A model generated the notes under the pieces. That model saw only the letters and a list, made by a program, of their open reading frames with translations. It was not told the DNA's origin and ran no database searches. 64,000 nt of DNA from Octopus sinensis (lineage: Eukaryota): the NCBI RefSeq assembly GCF_006345805.1, contig NC_043003.1:44144001-44208000 (forward strand), given 5' to 3'. Positions 51,464 to 64,000 of this stretch are shown here, piece by piece; position 1 is the first letter of the stretch; every line of letters begins with the position of its first letter. Made by a program: the position numbers and the translations under genes.

Positions 51464-54400
51464 GACCACCGCACTTTGCTAGTGAATAGCGCTTCCTTTG
51501 CTTTTGTTCTACGTACATACATAGGAATATATTAAATGGAATTTCTGAAACATTAACATACTCAAAGGCATTTTTAAAATAAAATTCTATAGGATTATCA
51601 TATTATTGCTCTCATTATGTGACTAGTTTTCAACATTTGAATGAAAACATACATTTCTTTAATAGTGAAACGTTGTGTTTGAACTTATTTATTTACTAGT
51701 CTCCAAGCGAAATACCAAAAATACATCAATTACATTTTATAATTCTTGAAATGTTGACACTCTAAAACTTCCTCATATAATGCATCAAAATAAAAGTATA
51801 ATCTTATAAGATACCACAGAAAGCATGGGATTATTTTACATATATAAGGGTGGTGGCATATATGCATGCTAGTATTCCTATTAATGTTTATATATTTATT
51901 ATGGATTGTAAAAGAAAAGTTCACGCGAAATCATTTTATCTAGTTTCTATTTAGATAAATATATTTTGGTGATTTCCTATCCTGTTATGCCAACTACATC
52001 CCCCCCACACTCACACTCTCTCACTTTTTGCCTGCATGCCGTTGCTTGTATCTGGCTTTCCCATTCTATTTCTCCCTCTCCGTCTCTTTCCCTCTCTCTA
52101 TCTCTATGTTTGTGTACGCATGCGAGTGTGTATATTTGTTTCTATGCTTATATTTAGGAACACATATATATCTACATTCCCGTATATGTATGTAAGTATG
52201 TATGTATGTATGTATGTATGTATGTATGTATGTATGTATGTATGCATGTATATACATGTGTGTGTTTGTGTGTGAATGTATGTGTAATTATATTTGCATA
52301 CGTGTAATTCTGCTTATGTCTTCATATGTAAAGCAAAAAATGTTTATTGGGATCCATGGTCCCATACTTGTCTAGAATGAATGAACGTGAGATCCCATAC
52401 GCTGATGATACATGTAACATGTAACGGCCAATTCTCACCCAGACCACGTCGCTTTCTTACGAAAGGCCAAGCACATTTTAGTTGATGCGATCCAATGTTT
52501 GGACAAAAGAGGTGCCTGAATGACGTCTGGAATATCTTTACTGATAAGTGTGTTGGATAATTGCTGATCTGCGGGTTTAAATAATACACATACATGATAA
52601 GTCGAAACGTATCATCAACATATTGGCAATATCACGCTTGCAGGTGATGGTCCAACAATTTCAAATACCTCTAAATTTCATTTCTATTCCTACTCACCTA
52701 CTATTTCATGAGATTTCACTTCATTTGTTGAAATACGAGCTCTCCCAACCAACTCATTGGCAGCTATTTAGAAAGTCATTTGTACTTGAATGTAAAATCA
52801 TAATTATAATAAATTAGAACTTTTCGGCAAGCTACAATATCCACACTTGCATCTTCTTTTCTATTAAGTGATTGTATATAATTTGAAGTTGCGGTAACGT
52901 ATTTAATGAGTAGATTATTAGAAAGCTGAGAAAAATAATTACCATGAAGAAAAGTATTATTATGAGCAAACAAATAATATTGAAATCATTTTAAATGCGA
53001 GACGCAGCTCCGGATTAGCTTAGGTGTTGTTAAATTTTCATCAGCTGAGTATAAATTTCAGTGTACACAATTGAACATGAGTTAGTATGAATGCATTTTT
53101 CGAATATATATTACTTATTGTATATTAGCCAAAGAACCAGACATTCTACTGGTTATTCTTGGACATTACTGAAAAAAAAAAAATCAACAAGAATCAAGTT
53201 AACATAAACCAGATGATTTTTTCCTACATATTGTTTTTGTGACAGAAAAATGAGAGAAGCTCCAACTAAATAAATCTACATTGTGCGAAAATTCAATTAA
53301 ACATTCAGTTATATTAGTTATATTAAACATTCAGTTATATGTTATCTCACATATTTTTTTGCCTCTGTAACTCGTATCCTGTTGTCTTAGTAAATTTCTC
53401 TGCATTTCTTTTAAATATGAGTGAGAATCAGCGTCCATTTTCTAACTTGTCACAATGAAATTTTTTCATAAATTGCCTCAATAAATTTCTGTAGCGCTTT
53501 CGTTCGCTCTCTTTCTCATTTTCTTTCCGTATTTTCACTAATTTTCTCTTTGAATGTGTATATGTCACTATGCCTACACCTATGTGCACATGTCTGTCTA
53601 TGCGCATATATTTATGCGGACATGCGAGAGGAAGAGGTGGTCGACTTAGTGCATTCGTCTCTTTGAATAGTTTACTGTATGAAGTAAATTATCATTGTTA
53701 AGTGAAAATGGAAGCATGGAAGCTCTTTTGGTTCTGACGATCCCGTATTGGAAATGCCTCTACAGAAATGTAATCAGAATTAGTGTGAGAAACTGAATCG
53801 AATAAGTCAACATAGTGAGATACATGCAGAATAATACAAAACAATTCTTGAACATTCATATCGGCATATTATGAGCACGAACTTAGATGAACTGAAATAA
53901 GAGACACACGTGGATAATATGAAAGGCTTTGCCAATCCAAGGGTTGAACTGTTACACCTACGAGATAGATTCTAAATAGTGTATACTCATTGACAATAAT
54001 CAAGCTTCCATGTGGGTCTCCAAACAATTCGAATTCATGTAAATGCGTTTCTGTTACTTTTCACCGCCTATTTCACTAAAAGTATTAAGAAGGACTCAGA
54101 ACATCTTTGTCAGCCTAACATCATGTAAGCGTTCTTTGTCATCAATAAAGTATTGATGATATAAGGTTTGCTGCGATAACATTACTGCTTAAATTTTGTA
54201 ATAATGTGGATTTAGTCTTAGCAACAACTTTCGTAAAGTAACATTTTCGTTCCAACCAAAACGTTGATATACAACAATTTTCCCAATTTTCGAGACAGAC
54301 AATAACAAAATCTAGAGACTATAGAATCTCTCTTCAATCACTAAAAAATTTACTTAGAATATCTTCAATAGAAAATGTATACAAATAAACCAAGAAACGA

Positions 54401-55263
54401 TAGCAGGGAAAGAGTGTAGAATATAACCGCCATGCCGTTAATTAGACAGGTGTTTCTCCTTCCAGACACTCTAGGAGAAATATTTAAGATAAGACTGATC
54501 TTGAAAATCTTACAATATAAAATAAATCATATTGCGGGTAGGTCTAGCATATGACGGTTATTTGGAAAATGTCATAGTGAGAAATTAACATTTATTATTG
54601 AAGTTTTACAGATTGCAGTGATTACAATATTCATCAAGGCTGGTAGCATATCGGATAGTTCGGTGTGTATCATGCAAGCTAATATGTGTGTTGATAACTA
54701 TGTCTAGGTTTCTTTCAGAAATATAAATGTTCGTGTTTTCCGTAGCAACGGCGATAGAGGCACGTTGTGATTTTGAGGCTGAAGTTCATACACTGTACCA
54801 ACTAGCTGCAGACATATTCTTCTTCACGAATTTATATCAAACTAGAAAACCTTGTATATATTCAACAAGAATTACTATTCGCCATTGAAGGAGTGGTAGT
54901 TGCTGTTTCAACAGAGCGCCTATAGCGGATCACGAATACATTTTTTAACTCATTCAAACACTTTTGAGGAAAAGTTCAACATAGCATCATGTAGGCGCAG
55001 GTACAATTACACAGAATATCAGTGCCAACATATAACGATCAGAGTCGGTTGTTTTAAATCTAATTTGAAACACGTTACGCTTACTGGAGTATATACTTCT
55101 TAGTAAAACAAGAAAAAAAAACGATGCCAATGCACCCAGGTGATTTCAAAAGCTAGGATTGCAGTTATAGAACAAACCACTGCTTCTATTGAAATTGATT
55201 GCAAGATTTAGACATCTTATCCCCTATTTGCATGGTGTCAAATCCTTGGTTATGCACAATATA

Positions 55264-55586
55264 GGAGCACTCCGCCGGATGCGACAACGAAGGTTCCAGC
55301 TGATACGATCAACGGAACAGCTTGCTCGTGAAATTAACGTGTAAGTGGCTGAGCACTCCACAAACACGTGTACCCTTAACGTAGTTCTCAGGGAGATTCA
55401 GTGTGACACTGTGTGACAAGGCCGGTCCTTTGAAATACAGGTACTGCTCGTTTTTGCCAGCCGAGTGGACTGAGCAACGTGAAATAAAGTGTCTTGCTCA
55501 AGGACACAACGCGCCGCCGGGAATTGAACTGAGGACCTTATGATCATGAACCGAATGCTCCTAACCACTAAGTCACGCGCCTTCAC
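55264..55586 (-). mobile_element. Full-length tRNA-derived SINE family C with perfect 13-bp TSD
   Basis: Head GTGAAGGCGCGTGACTTAGTGGTTAGG..TCAGTTCAATTCCCGG, central GTGTCCTTGAGCAAGACACTT..CAGTCCACTCGGCTG (Meta/CORE-type central domain, from memory). TSD TATGCACAATATA at 55251-55263 and 55587-55599. Confidence 0.9.
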
Positions 55587-56313
55587 TATGCACAATATAA
55601 AGTTCATAAAATGAGTGGTTACAAGCCGTCAATCGTGACAGCCTCCTGCATGGATTACCAAATGTGAACTGCAATAGTGAACAGCTACGCAAATTAGGAA
55701 ATATATTTTTCGTCAGGAAAATCTGCGCTGCGTGGTGTATGTAACACTAATGTCATCTTAAAGGCCTGCGCAATGTAATTCTTTACTAAAAACTTTACGA
55801 ATTTTAATGACAAATCCGTCCAGTTCACCAACAGTACTAGAATGCTACAAACGAAAGCCATTCATTGTAATCACTGGCAATTGACAACATCAGCTTATGA
55901 TATGTGTAAATGGTCTTGATAGTGTGTATACGTATTGGATAATTATCATCTATTTACTATTTGACATACTTGTGGCAAAGTTACAGCAATATTCAGTTCA
56001 TTCATTTTCCACTTCATACAACGGAACATCTATGCAAACGCCTCGATTGCATCAAATGAAAAAATAAATGAAAAAATAAAAATAAATAAATAAATAAATA
56101 AATAACAGCCTAATCTTCTACCTATATAATCCTGCAATCTTTAAGATATTAATGCCAATTACATAATTTATTCATAGACACACCAAAAAGTCATAATTTC
56201 CAGGTTTGAATTTCAGTTGTATCACACTTGAGTCTGAGGTGCAATTAAACATAAAATATAACTAACGTATATATGCATGTGTGTATGTGAGTCTGTGTGT
56301 GTGTGTGAGTGTA

Positions 56314-56515
56314 TATTTTGATTCAGTTATGTAAAGCAATGTCCGTGTTTGCATTTGTGTCATACTTTCGTTACGTTCGCGAATTGTTTTCGTCATTAGC
56401 TTCTTACGAATCAAGTCTAAACTCTTCCAACACACTATTTACATTAAATGGTTTATTTAACAGTAGGACGATGCAAATAATAAAAAAAATCGTTGAATGT
56501 TATTGTATATTATTG

Positions 56516-56554
<39 letters not shown>

Positions 56555-57048
56555 ACACACACAAACACATGGACATATGCATACATGTACACATACAAAC
56601 ATATACTGTGTGTTTGTACGTATATATGTATGTACGAGCACAACACCCACCGTCCAATGGATGGTGCTGATTTGTCAAACATTTAAACCAAATTTTGTGA
56701 AAACAACTTACCCGAACATCCCATTTTGTGGCATTATTCAAACCAGCCGGCTTTTTTTGCACAAACTGCACGTGCATTTTTCTCGCATATGCGTAGTATC
56801 GATCGCAACAGCTGATGTACTTACGCGTACAAATGCACGTTCCCACGGCTTTATCGATCGCATTCTCACCTGGAATCGGTTTTTGCAATTTCTACATGAC
56901 TTATCCATGCCCTGATACCGTTGGTATCTACATATCAAAGTTAAGCGCAATCGGATGGATGATGCTCGAGATCATAGAAGACACAGACAGACAGACAGAC
57001 AGACAGACAGAACCGGATTTTATATAATAGATATGTCTATGTATTTGT

Positions 57049-57096
<48 letters not shown>

Positions 57097-57299
57097 AGGC
57101 AATAATATACAAAAACCCTCAACGATTTTTTTACGAGCATCATCCTACTGTTAAATGTTCCATTTAATGTAAACTGCGTTGGAAGAGTTTGGGCTTGATT
57201 CGTGTGAAACTAATGATGAAAGCAATTAGCGAACGTAACTAAATTATAACACTTACAAATGCAAACACGGACATTGCCTTACATAACTGAAACAAAATA
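56314..57299. repeat. Long inverted repeat (arms ~56314-56578 and ~57033-57299)
   Basis: Arms are reverse complements including the internal (CT)n(CA)n / (TG)n(AG)n tracts, roughly 80-85% identical by eye. Confidence 0.85.
56743..57031 (-). mobile_element. Probable non-autonomous Helitron
   Basis: Minus strand begins A|TCTATTATATAAAA, has (TGTC)n and CCGATTGCGCTTAACTTTGATATG, a subterminal TGCACGTGCA hairpin, and ends CTGG|T. This fits the A|TC...CTRR|T pattern with no TSD. Confidence 0.55.
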
Positions 57300-57983
57300 G
57301 CTAATTCATTGAATCATTGCCTAAACAAAACAAAATCGTCACGATTATTACCCCGCGTAGAAATGATCGGTGAATATTTTCCCACATTTTCATGAATGCT
57401 GTTTTATTTGAAACTGGATGATAGTGAAAACATAAAAGTAACGCTCTTTGGAGTTTTGAGTACTCCCACGGCTCTTTAAGATTTGTTGTTCCTCGTCTAA
57501 ACCTTTCCGAACCTAACCCAAATTTAAAATTAAGATTGTAGTGTGAACAAAGAGAAACTCTGAAGCTGGCAACAGTCTTCCCATTAAAGCTTTGAGGAGA
57601 TGCGTCGACTTATCTTTATGACAGAAACGCTTGTTGTGGGAACATATCAAGTACATAACGTCGTTTCATTGTTCGTCGAAATGTTTCCTGATCTAATTTT
57701 TCTGTGATACAGGACTTTATCTACGATGATGTCCCCTCATGAAGACAACCTGAGCAACACTGCTACTTGAGCATGCTGTGGTGATTGTGCAGACGTCTTT
57801 TTAATGATAGGATTTGGTAATTTTGTGTTACCTGTCCCTATCGTAGCAGCGTAATCTGCAATTCCCAAACATTGAATGTTTGGGAGTTATTTTCATATAA
57901 TTATACGCACGGAAATTCGTCCACATTTGAGTGTAAATTTTATTCGAAGTTTAATATTTGTGAACGAAATGTGTAAGTTATTC

Positions 57984-58015
<32 letters not shown>

Positions 58016-58850
58016 GAGATAGAGTGTGTGTGTGTGTGTGTGTGGTGTGTGTGTGTGTGTGTATGTGTGTGTGTGTGTGTGCGTGTGTGTGTTTCCTAAG
58101 CTGAAAGAACAAAATAAGTTAAATTGATTGTAAACATTTCCGGAGGTGTCGATGGCTTTATCATTAATGGGAAATGCCTTAATGTATTTATAAAGACTAC
58201 GAATGAATTTTTGATATATAACATAACTTAATTGAAGACTACTTGCAAAAGTTTGTCATATTACTACGGTATCTCAATTTCGAGCATCTTCGTACACTTT
58301 CTTTATAATTTGTACCTCATAAAAAGAACAGGGACGCAAATATGATAAATGTATCTCGATGAAATATATCAACAAATCCTTTGAAATCTGGTTTATGAAA
58401 AGAACAATTTCCGCCTTTCTCTGAAGTAATATCATAGCCTACCAAATATTGTAACACTTTTCAGAATACATTTCCCGATTTTTAAATAGCCCTGTGTTTA
58501 TTTCAATGTATTTTACATTCTAAAAGGAACATCTGATAAAACATTTAGCTGTCAAGAGAATAGATAATAATAGTGTGTTCAGGTATATAATGTAAGCAGT
58601 TTTTCCCGACTTGTTGCATATATCCTTTGAAAAGAGACACAAAAAAGAAAGATTATACATATATCTACATTATTAGATGAACAAACTATTATAGATGTTT
58701 CCAATGAAAGAAGAGATTTTCTATAATTCCTATTATACCATGTATCTTGATGTCCATCAGGACATTTCGACAGGTAGAAAATGTTTTATGGGAAGGGTTT
58801 TAACAGTTCGGATAATTATGCCAACACACACTTGCACGTATGCACGATGA

Positions 58851-58887
<37 letters not shown>

Positions 58888-58950
58888 CACACACATATGC
58901 ATACACACGTACATACACACGCACAACACACATACACACACACATACAAA

Positions 58951-59010
58951 CACACTGACAGAATTGCCACACTGACAGAATAGCCACACTGACAGAATAG
59001 CTACACTGAC
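58951..59010. repeat. 17-bp minisatellite (CACACTGACAGAATAGC) x ~3.5
   Basis: Direct reading. Confidence 0.9.
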
Positions 59011-59264
59011 GTAAAGACATATTTACAGTGACTGTTATGTTAGTAGATAGATAGAAAAATAGATAGATAGGTAGATATAAAGAAAGGAATAAAAGAGAAA
59101 AAGAAAGAACAGAGGAAAGAAAGACAAAAATGAAATATATATACATATAGATGTCACACATAGATAAATAGAGAAATAGAACGGTTTTTTTTGTTAGTAG
59201 TGAAAAGAACTGTAAAGATTTGTACGTATAGAAACTACTTCAAATATATGTGAGGTAATCGTTA

Positions 59265-59300
59265 ATTATATATATAATATACATATATATATAGACGTAA

Positions 59301-59338
<38 letters not shown>

Positions 59339-59490
59339 TATATATATACATACATATATATATGTATATATATATAAATGTATATGTGTATGTATATGTA
59401 TATATATGTAAGCATGTATATATATACATATATATATGTATATGTATATAATATATATGTATATATATAGACATATGTATATATATATAC

Positions 59491-59547
<57 letters not shown>

Positions 59548-59555
59548 CATATAAT
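59265..59555. repeat. (TA)n-rich low-complexity tract
   Basis: Direct reading. Confidence 0.95.
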
Positions 59556-61049
59556 CATGTATGTTGTATGTAAGTAATCTATCCTTTTATATACCTATTT
59601 ATCTATGTAGCCATCAAGCTAGCAATCTACCTATCTGTCTGTCTGTCGGTCTGTCTCTTTAACAATGTATTTGAATTTCTATTTATCTATATGTATAATA
59701 CGGTATTTTATACATTTGTGTGCTTGTGTGTGTATGCCTGTCTCTCTGTCTGTCCGTGTGCGTATTCATGTCTGCGTGCGAGTGTGTATGAGTACACATA
59801 GCTATGAGCGTCTTTTGTTTCTTCGTTCCAAATACAAATTATCATTTTCGATTATTATTCCAGCTGATATTGAAATATGGAGTTCATGTCTAGTTGAAAT
59901 ATATAGCTCAGCTGTTTAGTAAGTGTTTAGAAAAACACGCCCACGGGGCAGGGAAATAATTTAGGAGAGTGAATCAATCTGAGGACAGGTTTGGAACAAA
60001 ATTTACATGACGCCGAATGGAAGAGAAGTAAGTTCAAACGGACTTAGATTCATATATCGAACCTGAAATTACGCACCTTGGTAACCCGACCATTAATTTA
60101 AGCATTACATCATAGCAGCTCTTCCATTACAGATAGATTTCAAGTATCAGTTCGTGCAAATATGCAAGTATTCGAGTTCAAAAATATTTCAAGTTATGAA
60201 TCGATCATTTTACTTGTAACTATTTCATGGTTAGTCAGATCTATAGAGCAGTCAAATGCCAAGAGAGAGGTTGCTTGGGTCGACTTGTATTATTCGCTTT
60301 CAAACAATATATCCTACACGCCGTCTCACTACCTGCAGGTTATATATATTTTAATAATATAGATATCTATAGTTTAAGTCAATGGGGAATTCCGCACCTT
60401 CTGCGAATACACGAGTTATCTGTACACTATCAGATTTACTTAATACAATGGAAATCTGAAACAACATCTGTATGTAACAATACGTAAGATTAAGAAAATA
60501 TGAGAAATCTTGTTGGAGTATACATGCTCAAACACACAGACATATGCATGAGCATGTAGCTATACACATATATACATACAGAGCCACACACTCCAGTTTG
60601 TATATATATGAACCAAATATGCTTTTTGTAACTTTGGCACGGTAAAATGAAATATGTGTTGCTATCTCATTAGATTATTTAATACATATAGTACAACACC
60701 TGCAATCGTATTATATTATCTAATATAACATAGAAAATGGATGACGCTGGTGACTTATTTGTTTTGAATTGCTTTCTTTTTTAATTAATGCTTACGAGAA
60801 TATATTTACAACTTTAAGAAAAGTACTTCAAGATTCATTTGACAGAAAGTGTACAAGAGTAATTTTAAGTTTAAATATAAAGTTCTGCATACATAGTTCT
60901 ACTTATAACTTGGTTAGCTTGAATAATTCATACTCTTTATTTTCTTTCAGATTAGCGTTGTCTGCAAAGGAAAGTTCATACTGATGTGGATATTAAATTT
61001 CAAATTGAATTATTCGGGAAGCACTCAAAACTCATTCAGACATCTACAT

Positions 61050-61455
61050 GCTACTGCAGAAAAAGATAATCCCTTTTACGATGCCTATCATAACAGAAAT
61101 AGGACAAATGTCAAAATACTTTTCTCCGACAAGGAGTAAACTGCAAGAATTAAATACAGGAGAGCACTCGGAATTACATGTCCAACACAAAAATAAACTC
61201 TGCGGTATCCCAAAGGGAAGTTCAGAATTGGCAAAGCAAATCAGTAATTAATACACAATTTCTTTTCCTTAACAGGCCCTGCCCTGCAAAACATTGTCCC
61301 AAGAGGAAAAGAATCCCATCACATTTAAACGGAGTCTGGACAAATTTCTCCAAGGAATGTCATATAAGCCACAGATACTTGGATACAACTCACTCAACAA
61401 GAATTCCCTACTTCAACAGACATGGCCTGTGCGAATCTTTCGTCTAAGCATATCT
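61050..61455 (+). mobile_element. CR1-type LINE 3' end
   Basis: TFKRSLDKFLQGMSYKPQILGYNSLNKNSLL corresponds to the CR1 C-terminal FKxxLDKFL..P...GY...NSL motif. Confidence 0.7.
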
Positions 61456-61480
61456 AATTTTTTTATAAGCTTATGTATAT

Positions 61481-61651
61481 AGGCCCAGTGGTGGCTGTGT
61501 GGTAAGTCTCTTGCTTACCAACCACATGGTTCCGGGTTGCGTCCCACACCGTAGTACCTTGGACAAGTAACTTCCACTATGGCCTCGGGCCGACCAAAGA
61601 AATGTGAGTGGGGTAGGTAGCCGTAAACTGAAAGAAGCCCGTCGTATATAC

Positions 61652-61722
<71 letters not shown>

Positions 61723-61943
61723 CGTGTGTGCGTGTGTATGTGTGTGTGTATGTTTATGTGTCTGTGTTTGTCCCCTAACATCGCTTGGCAATCGATGGTC
61801 GTCCCCGTAGCCAAGCGATTCGGCGAAAGAGACCGATAGAATAAGTACTAGGCTTGCAAAGAATAATTCCTGGGGACGATTTGCTCAACAAAAGGCGGTG
61901 CTCCAGCATGGTCACATTCAAATGATTGAAACAAGTAAAAGAG
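61481..61943 (+). mobile_element. Full-length SINE family A
   Basis: Same head, CORE-like segment, internal (TA)n/(TG)n and tail as 18767-19228. Confidence 0.9.
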
Positions 61944-61944
61944 T

Positions 61945-62140
61945 ATATATTTTACCTTTTACTTCTTACGGTCATGCTGTGCCATTGCCTTGATTAATTT
62001 ATAGTATTAACCCCACTTGCTTTTTTGTTTGTTTGAAACCTACTACTTATTATATCGTCTCTGTAACCGCTAATTTATAGGGCCATAAACACACCAACAT
62101 CGGTTGGTGTGCGTCGGTGGGGTGGAAAGGCAAAGATACT
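61945..62140 (-). mobile_element. Degenerate SINE family A 3' half, tail-to-tail with the preceding copy
   Basis: Reverse complement ACCGATGTTGGTGTGTTTATGG..TTAGCGGTT..ATAAGTAGTAGG..CAGCATGACCG..AAGTAAAAG. Confidence 0.6.
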
Positions 62141-62181
62141 CATACATAGATGCATATATATATATATATATATATACGAAT

Positions 62182-62216
<35 letters not shown>

Positions 62217-62270
62217 CATATATACATACACACACACACACACACATATATAGATATATATATATATATA

Positions 62271-62450
62271 GGGAGAGTTTATGAAAAAAACAAAAGACGA
62301 AGGCAGGTGGTATACAAAACAAACAGATGTATTGGTATAACGCTCAGGAATCGAAAAAGTATTTAACGTTTCGAGCCTACGCTCTTCTACAAAAAGGGGA
62401 CAGAAAAAACAAGGAGAGAAACAATGTGTGTAGTGGCTAACGAATATCTC
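62271..62450 (-). mobile_element. Penelope-type short repeat (family 2), second copy, abutting (TA)n
   Basis: Homolog of 23640-23850. Degenerate hammerhead-like motif UUGUAGA-A-GAGC/GUAG/GCUC-GAA-ACGU-U at ~62361-62396. Confidence 0.7.
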
Positions 62451-62718
62451 TTTTCAAGGGTTTTAGAGAAATCCAAATCCATATAATAAAAAGTTTTATT
62501 ACATACTTAGCCGATCAGCGTTTGCGAAGCTAATTTTTTATGTTAGTAGATTAGTAGCTAACGAAGCGTTTTCGTTAGCTGTGCCCGCCACTGTATATAT
62601 ATATATGTATATGCATGTATGTGTCTGTGTATGTGTGTTTCTTCATGTACGCATGTATGTATGTATGTATGTATGTATGCGTTCATGCAGAAACACACAT
62701 ACACACATATGTGTGTGA

Positions 62719-62719
62719 T

Positions 62720-62761
<42 letters not shown>

Positions 62762-62762
62762 A
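62719..62762. repeat. (GTA)n microsatellite
   Basis: Direct reading. Confidence 0.95.
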
Positions 62763-63615
62763 TTGTGTTTTTAGTTTATGTTGTAGCACTTTTAGCAGTA
62801 GCAAGGGACATGGATTAGTCTAAGTAATTCAGAATAATCCAAATAGACTGCGTCACGTATCAGACAATTCTCTTCCACCAGTGAACTTTAGAATGACTAG
62901 AAGTACTACTTTTCAAGTGCCAATTAACATACACGCTAAAAATTTATTGTGTTGCGGAGACTGGGCGTTCTTGGCGCTAAAATTTCATAAATCCATTGTT
63001 TTTTGAAATGGGTAATATTTATTCGGCGCCTATATTTTCTCCATACATAAAACGATTCCTTGTATATTATTTCAATAATTGCTTTCCAAAATGGTTACAT
63101 ATAATAATATCACACAAGAAGTATTATTTACTTTTGCCTTAAGGCTTACATCTTCTAACAACTTCAGTACAATTACGTGATTACAGATATATCCACTCTT
63201 ATCGATTTATCTTTGTTCATTAGTTGGTTCTGAATACCCAGAAGTTGCTGTACAGAGAGACATTACATATACATATAAGACACGTACAGAAGACAGTTTA
63301 TAAGTTAAGATACAATGTACTTTTCGAAGTTCATTACTACACCCTCTTTACCTTCAAGATTTTATTTGATCATCATCATAGTGGGAACTTTGGAGACAAT
63401 TGTGCAGGGATGCATATCCTCACACAGACTCACAAAAACAAGCACGCACACATACAACACATACACACATTCCAACACAATCATACGTACACAGGCACGC
63501 ACAGAAACTGAGCTATAAATAGTTATGTGTGTGTTTGTATATGTATGTATGTGTGTATGGATATATATATATATATAATATATATATATATAAGTATATA
63601 TATAGATAATTATAT

Positions 63616-63665
<50 letters not shown>

Positions 63666-64000
63666 AGCTCAAATAAAAGTTACAAACATCATTAAGGGAT
63701 AGTAAAATCAAATGAAAATACTGGTTAGTTACCTATACAAGGTACGTTGAACATTACAGTTAATATTCAACTGTAATGTAACTGTAGATATATATATATA
63801 TATATATATATATTTAAATAAAATATAAAAATAGAGTGACAATTAATAAATTATTATTTATTAATTTAAGAATAAATTGACAACATCTCTTACAGCTGCT
63901 TCAATTCCAGACCATCAGAAAATGAATTAATAAAATTGAAAATTACTTGAAAGTCGAATCTCGTGAGAGCTAGTTTAACATATACAAAATAGGTGTTCAT

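Noticed and set aside
57710-57770. Candidate terminal exon (DFIYDDVPS* or TLSTMMSPHEDNLSNTAT*)
   Set aside because: Acceptor only. No upstream exons or homology identified.
58951-59010. Regularly spaced 17-bp repeats as a CRISPR-like array
   Set aside because: The units are contiguous with no unique spacers, and the context is eukaryotic. It is an ordinary minisatellite.

Overview
AT-rich, microsatellite-dense eukaryotic DNA that is almost entirely intergenic or intronic. The SINE, LINE and mariner families suggest an octopod cephalopod (Octopus); this is inferred from family recognition, not a database search. No host protein-coding gene is supportable, and most listed ORFs are microsatellite read-throughs or antisense shadows of transposons. 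The window holds five degenerate R4/Dong-type (RLE) non-LTR retrotransposon pieces, three tRNA-type SINE families, several Tc1/mariner remnants and a MITE, plus remnants of a Ty3/gypsy integrase, a Penelope-like ORF, a CR1 3' end and a probable non-autonomous Helitron. The main signal is three unrelated short Penelope-type repeat families that each fold into the same minimal type-I hammerhead ribozyme architecture but with different cores: canonical CUGAAGA, a U6 variant, and a compensatory G3-C8 variant GUGAACA inside a 288-bp palindrome. One of these repeats is an inverted-arm insertion with a 12-bp target-site duplication that encloses a diverged copy of a nearby ~170-bp sequence. (TAA)n tracts also act as hubs for head-to-tail retroposon arrays, including an unassigned ~560-bp element. 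All identities and alignments were judged by eye.
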